The notes beneath the pieces were generated by a model that was not told the DNA's origin, did not search any database, and worked only from the letters and a program-made list of their open reading frames with translations. From contig CAJNYD010000035.1 in the NCBI GenBank assembly GCA_905331295.1, forward strand, positions 124,001-188,000: a stretch of 64,000 bases of DNA, written 5' to 3'. Numbering within the stretch: the first letter of the stretch is position 1; the number at the start of each line of letters is the position of its first letter. Source of the stretch: Rotaria socialis. Lineage: Eukaryota. Positions 40,484 to 52,543 of the stretch are shown here, one piece after another. A program made the translations under genes and the position numbers.

Positions 40484-41044
40484 ATTCTAGGGGAAAACAT
40501 AGTTTCTTTTTTTGTTCATCATGTCTGTATATAAAATCTTCATTATGTATAAACAAAGAAAAGAAAAAAAGGTATCTAAACACATTATTTTTCTTCAGCG
40601 TCGTTCGTTAGATATATTTTCTCTTTGGCCACGAATATATTATTGAAAAAAAAAAGAAAACAATTGTTCGCTTTTATGCGGTTAACTTTTCGATGGATGA
40701 CAAAAGTTTGTCTTTTTCTTTTTCTCTATGTGTTGTCTGTTTTAACCTTATATTATAGAACGTATCGGTGTAGTTCAAGATGTTCTCTCTTTTTTTCTGT
40801 TCAATATGTAACATTAATTTTTTTTTCAAGAAACTATAGAAAAAAAAGCGAAAAAAAAATAATATCGACGTTCTTTTTTTCATCATGATTGCACATGTTC
40901 CTTTTAAATGGTTTACAGTGAAATAGTTTAAGGGGATGTTAACAAAGAAAAAAGCATTTACATCAGCCTTGTCAAAGTAAAAGAAGAAGAAAAAGTGTTG
41001 TATGTTTTTTCTCAAACAACAAGAAAACAGATTTGTTTTGTAAC

Positions 41045-42383
41045 ATGGCACAATTTGGAATACCCGATGCAGCCAATGAATTAGGTCGTCTTCTGCCAGC
41101 GCCTTACCTTCCGACATATATCGCACGGTTAGTATTCTTGCTACTTCTATTGAAACACGTCGCTCATGCGAAAAATCAAAATGTACTCAAAGAGATTTAT
41201 ATTTTTTTTGTTGTAAGATAAAAAGTTATGTTTGATTTGTTAGGTACATTGCTATGACAATTGTGTTCTATGCAAAAGTTACAGATTATCCATAGTAAGG
41301 GGTGCAGACAACGGGATGTGACTGGGCATATGTACCTATATTTTATTCTAGCCAAGTACATTTCAGTCAAAGAATTGATTGAACTTTGTTCATCGATGAA
41401 GAAAAATTAACATAAGTTCAAACTCAAGCATTTTCAATTTAGTACATTAGAAAATAGATCAGTACGAAATAATCAGCATAGGGTTTACATCTAGAGATCA
41501 TCTTGATCAAAATATATTCGCTCTTGGACGGATGTATTTCAGTGATAAATTGCCTCGAACCGTCTAATTTTGATGGGCGAGGGTGAGTACTTCTTTCAGC
41601 CTTAATAAACACGAATTGAGTTCGATTTCAAAAGTTCGAATAAATTATTAAATGGATTTTTAGTCGTCCGATTCGTTCAAAATCGAATTTAGAATATACA
41701 ACACCAATTTATACTTCGATATATGCGAACAATTGGCCGAAAGCATCTGATAATTATGCTGCAAAGCATCGCAGTTTTTATGATTCACCTTTCATAAATA
41801 TTGATTACGATTCAATTCAAACTACACCAAAAGAATATGATACATACAAGCAATATCTATTTCAACAGGATGAACCCGATTTCATAGTATGTTGTTCATC
41901 AACTGTTCGAATGATTCGAAAACAGTTTGTTTATTTAGGAAGCATTGAATCGAGTCCGTCCGTTCACTGTTCCAAATCATACGACGTAAATTAGATTTTT
42001 ATTTTTCTTACACCGTAAAATTGTGTTGCGCCTTTTCATTCACATTAGACGAACCAGTTTGCAATGGTCTCGATTTCTCGATGAATATCCGGATCGTTTT
42101 AAAATTGATTATCCCCTATCTAATGATGATAGTATTTTATATGTTCCACCTCGGCCAGGTCGTTATCCAGTAAGTTTTTTCTTTTTATTTCATCACTGAT
42201 CTCATTCAGTGCGTTTTTGCGTTTATTTAGTATCAACCATATCGTGAAGAGTCAAATCTCTATGCAGGATTACCAAATAAAATTCATCCTGCAACAAATC
42301 CATTCCGACAAATGGAATCAAGACAAAACTATACAGTAGCTCATCCAATATGGAAACCGTATGGTACTCCATCTCGTCGATAA
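41045..42383 (+). CDS. Uncharacterised Pro/Tyr-rich protein, at least 5 exons
   Basis: Phase-consistent GT-AG exons: MAQFGIPDAANELGRLLPAPYLPTYIAR | RPIRSKSNLEY... | EALNRVRPF | SLQWSRFLDEYPDRF | ...WKPYGTPSRR*; AATAAA at about 42459. Confidence 0.65.
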
Positions 42384-43582
42384 TTGGAAGAAGAAAAAAA
42401 AACAGATTCAACGAACATTCATTTGAAATAATTCTATTTTCCTAAATTTTATTTTATGAATAAAATAATGATATGCGCATTTCCACTCAAGCAGAAATCA
42501 TAACAAATACGTAGTAGAGTACGAAATAGCACATGGTAAATATTAATGCTTCAACAAAGTCATAATGTTATGTTCTTAATTATGTAATAAACAAATATGA
42601 TCGTGTTATTTGTCTTATCTCATTAAAGAAAACATCAGTCAGTTCAATGTAATGTAAACTTCTGTAGATATTTTATTTATTAATCCGTATCTTTTATCAT
42701 ATCTTTATATCTCGAATGATAAAAAGAGCCCAAGGCAGTCTGTATCTGCTTGTTGTATACACATGATTCAGTAACAAATTGAAGGAATAACATTTTCGCA
42801 TTTAATCAATTTCTACATTATTCGAATAAATATAACAGGAAAACAAACTTCCACTCGAGTAGTTCGAATGAAACCTTCATAGTGATATTTACTAAATTTT
42901 CATTCTATAAATCATTATGTTTATTTTATCTTCCAATTTTACTCGTCGGTGTAATATTTCGCTGACTTTCGGCATGTATATTGATTCATGTATATATCGC
43001 ATGTGTACAAATAAAAGAACAAACAGTTGGAGGGCGTTGAATCGCAAAAGGTCGTTTTCCTTCCTTCCATATCATCAATTTCTATCCCTCCTGCTGTTTC
43101 TAGCCAGATACGCGTCGAGATATATGGAAATAAAGACGGCCAAGACATTCTGATTCGCCAAGGAATAGAAAAATATATTGTTTGTTTCTATTTAATACAT
43201 CATGAACACGTACAAACGAGTCGGAAGAATAAGGAAAAGACAAGAAGACGAAAGAGAAAGAGATAACTGTACAACAATATCTTCTTCTCGTTTTTTTCCC
43301 AGAACGTTCGTATGCTAATGATTGGTTCCTTCCGGTGATGGAGCACATTTTTTTCTCATCTCTCATATCACATATAGATTCTCTAGTGATGAATTAGTCG
43401 ATATCCCCGTTTTTACTTTATTCTGTTCTTCATCTTCATTCTGTATGGCTTTTTAAAAGAGACGAAGAGAGAGAAACGAGTAGAAGAGAGTGGCACAGTT
43501 TTGTTGACATATTTCATACAAGAAAGAACATAAAAATAAAACTCCGAGATCTTTTTTTTATTTTATTCAAGTATTTACATCG

Positions 43583-45877
43583 ATGTCATTATTGCATAAA
43601 GATACAACATTTACAAGTAAGAATCAAAATTTATTCATTAGAAAAATCTTATCTATTGAATTTAATTAGAAATTTTCGTTGGTGGTTTACCATATCACAC
43701 AACTGATGAAACATTACGGAAATTTTTTGAACGTTTTGGTGAAATTGAAGAAGCAGTAGTATGTATTTTTGTTTTGTTTGGAAGAATGAAATTTTTTTAA
43801 TATTTTATTCAGGTTATTACTGATCGACAAACAGGCAAATCACGTGGTTATGGATTTGTGAGTAATCTAGAAAGAAGAGCGATTGATATGCATTCATTTT
43901 GAGAAACGCTGATGATGATAATGATGATGATTGTCGGCTTGCGCGTGTGCAAACACACAGATGGGATTTTTCTGCCTTGAAAGATAATCGTTTTTTCTTA
44001 TCTTTTGCATGCCATCAATCAGAACAGAAGTCTAATCGTGTATAATACAGCTAATATGAATATTCTCATGTTTTTCAAATATTTAATTAACATGAAGGGC
44101 AAGAAAATTTAGGAACAAAGTCGAGAGTCTCTTCTGATTTCTTTGTTTGAACAATTTTTAATTATGTGAATTAGTAAGATTCACAGCAAATAATGAAAAA
44201 TGTTTTTTTTTCTTCTATTATTTCAAGGTGACAATGAACACTCAAGAAGCCGCTAATTTAGCGACAAGAGAAGCCAATCCTGTTATTGATGGTCGCAAAG
44301 CAAATGTTAATTTAGCGTATCTTGGTGCTAAGCCACGTGTTATCCCAACACCAGCTGGTAAGGATCTAAAAAAAGAAAAATTCTTTGTTTGTTCATATTA
44401 TTTCATTGTTTAAATATTTCATCTATCTATCTATATATATAATATAAATCATACACACATGTATATCTATGCATAACTTACCAAACTCTCCTCTCCTCAT
44501 TAATTGTAGTACAAGCAGCGTGAGAAAACTATAACGACCGTAAGTGGATGCTCTGGATGACGCTGTAGTTTGTGCCAGTTACTTGATGTTTTCTTTATTT
44601 TTTTTTTGTTGATTACATTTATATTGTGGTTTTTATTGAACTTAACCTAATACATCAAATTAACTTTTGCAAAAAAAACTAACGAAACGATAACAACCAT
44701 ACCCAGACCATTGTGGCATGGGATCTCTTATATTTTTTTCTGTGTTTTCAAGTGTTTGATATTGATGTTGTTGTGATGGTGCTCTTACTCATTTTCTTCT
44801 CTATATTATGCTCGCTTTCGTGTGCTCTCAGTGCTTTCGTTTTTCATCTATCTTAGTCATTTGATAGTTGGACACACACAAGAACAAAATATGGTGTTGA
44901 CGATACACACAGCTGAAAACAAAAATTCTACTTATTTTTTCTTCGATCGAAATTCGATTCTTTATAAATATTGAAATATATATATATACATAAAATGACA
45001 ACAAACTACAAGAGCGTGTATGTGTGATGTGTATGCCTTTAGCGTTTCATTCTTCGATTGTTGTTATTGGAACAAATCAATTTGATTGATTGATTGATTG
45101 TTTTCGTCGTAATTCAACTGAATTATTGTTTTAGGTTTAATTCCACTTCATCTTGCTGGGGCATATTCAGCCGCATTACCAACTACTTATGGGTGAGTAC
45201 ATTTCGATTTATTATTTTTTCTTGTTCGTCTTCTTTGTATATATATATATATATATGAAGAGTGAATCCTCTTCCCTTCTGCAAACAAATCAAATCAATC
45301 TTAAATTTAAAGAAACAGAACCGTAAACTCCCTTGAGCAATGAAATAAACTCGATGAAAGTATTCATTCGATGAACATAGAGTGATGACATGTTCAGATA
45401 AACAAATCGTCTTCTGTTAAATATCTATCTATCTATATGTACACATCTGGATAATGCTTCTTTCATTTTTATTTTTACAGTATTCAACCTATCTACTATC
45501 AACAACAACCAACAACAACATTATTAGCTACGGCTACAACACCACAAACACTTAGTACATTACTACCAAATCAATCAATAACGACAGCATTAAATGGAGG
45601 TATGCATGGTAGCCAAAATCAATCGGGAGGCACTCCATCCTATTATGAATTGACTTATGCTACGACGCCAACACTTGACCAAGCATCTTATATATATGCG
45701 GCAGGTCCTGGACAAACATTTTCCTATGCACAATTGCCGGCAGCAGCAAATCAACAACAAACAGGTCCAGGAAATTTAAATGATATTTACGGAAATCATA
45801 CAGCAAAATATATAATTGATGATCATAATGTATCAGTCGATCGTGATCATCATCAACGTGCAACAGCTGGATGGTGA
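43583..45877 (+). CDS. RBM24: RNA-binding protein RBM24/RBM38 (SUP-12 family)
   Basis: [19 protein letters not shown]...[18 protein letters not shown]...[22 protein letters not shown] across four exons, then a Q/T/Y-rich tail. Confidence 0.93.
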
Positions 45878-47270
45878 TGAAAGGAAAAATAAAATCAAGC
45901 TGTACAGAGAAATAGACTTCATTTTATTTGTTTCTTTTCTTCATCAAGAACGTTAGCAAGAATATTCTACTGTACAGTTTAACTATTTCTGTTCGTTAAT
46001 AATAAATTAAGAAATAAAATTGTTTCAGTTTAATATATTTTAATTAAATATTTATTTCAAAGGATTATGCGATTTCTAGCAAACAACAATGATAGAAAGT
46101 TGTTCGTTTCTGTCTATATTTCTTTCTTTTATTGAAGTTCACAAAACAAAATTATGCTCGATGGCATCTTTGATCGAACGTATAATGAGCACTCGCTGGA
46201 ATTACATAATTGGAATGAGAAGAGATTATGTAAAAGAATTCTCGTTTGTTTATTTTCTTTCTCCTATGTCTATGATACCATTCAAGGGAATATCATCATT
46301 CATTCTGTATAAATATTTTCTAAAAATTCGACCTGAAAGATTTATCCTCGTAGTCTGCACACAACTTGATTGTAGATCAATTTAGCTTTGAGAATATGTG
46401 TTAATACAAAGCAGTACATGTACGTCATTATCGTAGTAAACATTACAGTCTATATTGATATCAAGAACAAGCAATCGTGTCTAGGAATATGTATATATTC
46501 AGGTCATTGTCTTCTCAGAAAAGAAGGTCACGAATTGATTTATATCAATAATTTCTCTTTTCAAGCTAATTACATTGATTTAAATCTAAGAGAACATTTT
46601 GAAAATATGTAGTTTTTTAATTAAATGTAACAAGGCAAGCAGCTCTTTTTGCAATAGAGGTGTGAATATCAATAGTAGAATGTCATGGCTTTTTATTCTT
46701 GGCAAAGAATGGTTATTTTAGTGCCGTTCTATGTGTAGAAAATGCAATGGTTAAGCTTTATGACACATTAGCACGGCTCGAGTGGTTAATGGCTGACTTT
46801 AGATGGATGCTTCTAATAATGTGCTACATTTTAGAACACATTATTTAGTCTTACTAATGATTCAGCAAGAAGAAAAATATGTTGTTTTTCCCGCAATTTG
46901 GTCTTCGCTATTGTTTGTAATGCATCTTTATGATTCACTGAATTTATGTTGAGCGAGTTTAAATGTTTAAAAAATTTCTCCATTCAATTTTTTTATAGTA
47001 CTCTTAGTGATAAAAATAAAAAGATGAATAATAATTACGATTTCTTCTTAACCTAACAGTGGCAATATGTTCTTTTAATCTACAAGTAACAGTCGATAAA
47101 GAAAAATGTCAATATGACCATTTACGATTTTCCGTATTTTATCTATACAAAAAGTGTGTATAGTAATATACAGCTATTTGCAAAAAGACTTGCATAACTT
47201 CTTCTACAAATATCATCTGCTATGACAGTGTTCTTCGAATTCTTTTATACTTTGGTGGATAGCCCTGATC

Positions 47271-47843
47271 CATAGGCGGCGGAACGATTTCGATCTAGCG
47301 TAGGCTCAACGTTTTGGACAAATCAAGTCTCACCATTGAAAAAAAAATAGACTTGAAGTCAGACTGAAATCGACTAAAAGCACTTTAAGTGCAAACTATA
47401 AGCATACGAGTTTGGTCGTCTTTTAATCATTTTTGTTTAGCTCGCATTTCTGCACGGCACGAGTAATGTTATTCGAGTGTCTTAGATTTAAAAGTAATTT
47501 TAAACGGAAGTTACAGAAACAATTCAGCTATCTTAAATTACGAATTACGAATTAGATGTCAATTTTAATGCCAAAAACGTTCAACTAATGCTTCATTGCG
47601 AACGAGTTACTAGTAGAGAAAATATGAAATGATCTTGTAATAATGCATTATTTGTTAGAAAAGCCCCAAAATTGAACAAGAATAAAACCATTTTGCATAT
47701 AACAGCCTATCCAAACATTTATCTGTTCCAGTTTCAGTCTATCAAGGTCTACCCACTTCCAGTTTAGAGTAGACCAAGCCTACCCACTTTCAACCTAGGG
47801 GGTAGGCTTGAGCCTCGCGAGACTAATGGCTCCGCCGCCTATA
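47271..47843. mobile_element. hAT-type MITE, 573 bp, with 8-bp TSD
   Basis: TIRs cataggcggcgga / tccgccgcctata; identical flanks ccctgatc at 47263-47270 and 47844-47851. Confidence 0.9.
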
Positions 47844-47976
47844 CCCTGATCGAGCACTAGACGATCCCATAATTCGATATGCCAACTGTTCGCTCATAGA
47901 AGAAAAATGAGACAAACATCACTTTTTCTTGGGCACAACAAAAATGTTTATAATCGAAATTCAACATTTTTGACTT

Positions 47977-48070
47977 CCCAGGCCAAAAACTCAGACACAG
48001 ATCTTGTAAGATCATATAAGATCAGAAATACGATCATAGAAGATCCTACTGTCTGATTGTTTGACCTGGG
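47977..48070. mobile_element. Small MITE with CCCAGG termini
   Basis: cccaggccaaaaactcagaca ... tgtctgattgtttgacctggg; internal agatc repeats. Confidence 0.7.
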
Positions 48071-48385
48071 TTTTTCACCTGAAAAATGTTGATTAAACAG
48101 AAGCCCTGTTTAAACGTTTCATATAGAAGTTGATAGCCTATAATATGCTACATTGAATATCATCATAGTTCAATATTTTATTCGTTCACCTTTACAATCA
48201 ATAAGAGATAAACATCGTTTTCTTATAAACATCACACAACTTTTCACAACATTATTATCAATATTTTTGAATTCTTCAGCTAAAAAAAAAGTTCTAACTC
48301 GTCAGTATTTACAGGTTTTCTTTTTTCCACGTTGCGTTTCACCATCGACCATATATGTTCTATCGGATTTGCATCCGGACTATTA

Positions 48386-48680
48386 CCCAGGTCGAGCAAT
48401 CCAACAGTGGAAACCAATCGGAACCCATCCGATCCGACTCGCATCCAGTAGGATCTTATCGGATTTTGTCGAACCCTACAGAACTATTATCGGATTCGAA
48501 GTTGGATCCTGAGTGTCGGATTCCAATGAATTCCAAAGAAACACTGTTGGATATCATCTGAAGTTCAATGGATTCCGACGTAAATTCCTCGACCCGGAAT
48601 CCTATAAGATTCTGTCGGATGGTAGGATACTATCAAGTTCCTATCGGATTCGGTGTGGGAGTTCTCGACCTCGATCTGGG
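48386..48680. mobile_element. MITE with CCCAGGTCGA termini and internal tcgga/tccga repeats
   Basis: cccaggtcgag ... ctcgacctcgatctggg; termini related to 47977-48070; followed by cctata/cctatt-rich, transposon-end-like sequence to about 48775. Confidence 0.65.
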
Positions 48681-49920
48681 CGGCGATTCGACCTATATTT
48701 CCTCTATTTTCAAAAACGTCCTATTTTTGTCCTATATTTTAATGAAAATTCCTATTTTTCCTATATTTTATCGAAGAAAGTAGAAAATTTCCAAAAACCT
48801 CTTAATTTTGCTATTGCCTTTAGACGAAAAGAAAACTTTTAATGTGTATAATCATGTGTTTTGGACAAATTCTGGTATTATAGTGACATTTGTTTTAAAC
48901 AATATTTTTCCTTTCGCCTATTTAGTGGGCTGATTGAGAAATTGTTTAATACTAAGTACAAAATACAAAATAGTTTAAAAGGAAAAAACATTCACAAATG
49001 ATCATGTACTAGTTTCGGGTTTTTAGTGAAGTTTTAGTTAGATATAAAAGCTGTATATATATATACCCCTGGAAAAAATAAGTTTCACTCTGTATTTTGA
49101 GGATACTGTTACCAAAAGAACATATTTTTTAAAAGTAACGACATCTTCTGAATGCTCGTGAAATTTTACACTATCCTGTGTATATGCATTTTTATTTACA
49201 CTTATTTATTACCAGAAAAAATTGAGTTATGATAAAATACAAAATAAACGTGTGGAAAATAATAAGCAATGAATGCTGATTATCAGGACAATAAAATTAG
49301 GTTGAGATTTTTTGAGAAGCCGCGTCCGTAATCTGAAACGCCTCCTTTAATTATGAGAAATAGTATTTGTCTTTTTCATGTATTTATTTTTTCACAGCTT
49401 ATGATCTACTTTATTGTTATTTATCGATTTGTGAAAAACTTTTATAATGATCCTCGAATTAGCGACTTATTTCAGTAGAAAAAATTAATCAAGGATCTTG
49501 ACTACGGTTGAACTGCTTATAACAACTTCATTAAAACGATTTTCGATCAGAGCAGTTAAAAAACTATGTATGAAACATTGTATATTTTTGACAACCTTGA
49601 TCCTCTAAGGATTCCTATAGTTTTTAAAAAGTGCAATCGGAGGCCAGCTTTCTACAGGAAAATATGATCGCGCATGACTTTTCGAAGAATTTTATTCGTT
49701 TAAAAAAACGACTACTGTAAAAGGATAGCTTTGATAGAATGATATGGAAATCAAAAATCATCCTCTGAGCCTCCGCTTTAGATATATTGCGTTCATAGTT
49801 TACCTTGACAGCTTTGGCGTATAATGTATTGCGTAGGAAACTCTATTGGTGATTATATTCATCACTTGTATTTTAATTAATTGTTTAATTATTTTATACT
49901 TTTATGAATCTTATCTGTAG

Positions 49921-52446
49921 AATGACGTCAATATTCGCAAGCAATATTTGAGATTACGCTCAAGCCTTCTAGCATCTAGATATGGAGCAAATCTAGTCGA
50001 TAGCAGGTAAAATATATGAGTGAAAATGTGACAACTATTAAATAAAATATTTGTTCAGGTCAATTGGTAGTCATGCTAGTCGAATGAATTCAATATCTGA
50101 AGTGAATATAGTCAAATTTTTGTATTCGATGAAACTGTTTTTCTTTTTTGATTTTGCTTAAAGAGTGCTGATTCATTTGCTGATTGGACTCGAAGAAATA
50201 CAACATTAGCAGTCAATCAAATATTAATTGATGATATTCCAGAAACAAATTTGACTACATTTTCAACATCATCACTGTCAAATGTTTCAATGGCTAGCAG
50301 GTGAAGAGAAACATGATAAATTTTTTTTAAACTTCCTTTTCATTTAACAGAGCACTTGCAATGGGTAGATCGTTAGAAGAAACCTATGCATTCTCCGGTG
50401 TTCATCATATATTTGACCATCATAAGGGATCAGGTATAATTTAAATTTTATACAAAAGAATTCAATTGATTCATTCATTTTAAACTTCGTATTTAGTAAC
50501 TCGAGTACAATTTGCACCGAATGATCGAAGTCTATTAGCAACATGTGGTCGAGATGGCATTCTTGCTATATGTCAAGTTCTTCCAACACCAGCAACAATT
50601 ATCTATCGATTAAAAGGCCATACGGCTGCAATAAATGGTTTGTATAGGACTTTTGGAATATTTGTAACAACCGAGATTACAAGTATTTCAACTTATATAG
50701 ATATGCAATGGTCATCAATAAATGATTTATTAGTAACTGCTAGTAGTGATTCAAGTATACGTATATGGCAAATATCCAACGGCAAATGTATGCGTGTTAT
50801 TGAAAGCAAAGATGGTGTCGAAAATCTATGTTGTTGTTTTCATCCATCAAACAATAATTTTATTGCCGTGGGAAATAATCAAGGAATATTACAAATATTT
50901 AACGTATCCACTGGAAAGGCGCTTAAAGTAGGCATCTTTGGTTTTTTCATTTTTTAATCTATATAGGCAACATAAATTATTTTTTTGTTAGAATTGTGTA
51001 ATTAAATGTTATGGTCGCTCAATGTGCGTAGCATTTGATGAAACCGGTTCAATCTTATGGACAGGAGATAGTCGTGGAAATATTTTAGCGGCTACATTTG
51101 ACATGACAACAGGAAAGCTACATAGTTGTAAACGGTATATATTGTTAAACTTATCAACAAGTTATAAGTTGAATTTTGTTTTTCAATGTTCTAGGGTATT
51201 TTCAAATAGTAATGGTTCAGTGACTAGTCTTTCCTTTCGATACCGTTCAACACGTGATGGACGTGAAGGATATGTTTTGGCTAATGTTATTCCTAATTTG
51301 CTCTTCCTATTCAAGTAGGTTTCATCAGGATCAACATTTTCTTTTCGAATAAACAATAATCAAACAATTATCAGCGTTTTCAAAAACAAAAAATAGTGTT
51401 CTATTCATTTACTGGGATTTTCATATTTTTAAGGCTTATGAGTTCGTTTGGTTCGAGAAGGAATTTTATTAGTCAACAAAATTACAAAACTAAATAATAT
51501 TTTCTTCGTCTATTTTATTGAAAAACTGCTTATATTGCAGAATAATTTTGTGAAAGATGTAACATTAGAAATATATTTAATCGACTACGAATTAGTTTCA
51601 AACATTTGTTATGTTGCTTTCGAAAATAACTATGACACGCTCTAAGAAACTAATGATAGTTTTAATAGACGAAGTGTTTCCTAAGCCACTCGATCAAATT
51701 AGAATTTTCATCAAACTTCAAAAAATCTGAAGTATCCTAAATCCAATACTTCATGACATAAAACACTAATTGAAAATTTTCTTTGAATCATGCACAGCAA
51801 GTGATTCTCTAGAAAATGGAAGTTCTATATAGCTTTCATCATATTTCTTAACAAAACAACATCAGTTTTGAAAAGACAGCAGGAAATAGTTTTTTGTTTC
51901 GAATTTGGTTCAAATGAAATTCTTTAGCCTAGTTATCATTACAAATAAAAACAGAAATTATATCTGTTAATTCAATTTTTTGAATCACTGCAAATATTAA
52001 TTAAAATAGTAAAATCACTTAAGCTTATTCGTTTTTTTATGCTACTTAGTTTTTACCTTTTTGTAGAGTTGTTGGCGCAAGTGGAAAATTGATTGTTCGA
52101 AAACGTTTCCCAATACGTCAGAAATCCTTATCGCTGCATAGTTCATTTTGTCCAATTGTTTCTCAACGTCAGGGTTTTTGTGTTGTTAGTGGAAGTGAAG
52201 ATATGTGCGGTAAGAATGATATTTTTTTTTCTCAAAAGTTATCCTATTTATATATTAATAAAAATTCAAAATCTCGTTTTTTTAGTCTATCTTTATGATG
52301 TTGATCGAGAAGTTCGTACATTAATCAACAAACTACAAGGACATTGTTCAGTTGTATTTGATGCTTCGTTTAATACCGATGAAAGTTTACTAGCATCGTG
52401 TGATCAGCAAGGACTAGTTATTGTTTGGCAGCGTGATAGTAGATAA
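49921..52446 (+). CDS. WDR13: WD repeat protein 13 (5' exon(s) not located)
   Basis: RKQYLRLRSSLLASRYG, ETYAFSGVHHIFDHH, FAPNDRSLLA, LHSSFCPIVS, VVSGSEDMC, INKLQGH, FNTDESLLASCDQQGLVIVWQR. Confidence 0.9.
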
Positions 52447-52543
52447 TAATTTTTCTTTTTTTAAAGTACCGACATATTTCTCTCAATTGTGTTTGTAAAT
52501 ATTTAATATTTATTGATAAAATTAAATCAATTCTTGTTTTCAG

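Noticed and set aside
41352..41400. In-frame TGA after an alternative acceptor (possible selenocysteine or micropeptide)
   Set aside because: Direct splicing of exon 1 to ~41663 explains the gene more simply; no SECIS seen.
48153..48842. ORFs of 68-119 aa
   Set aside because: They overlap MITE sequence and have no protein motifs.
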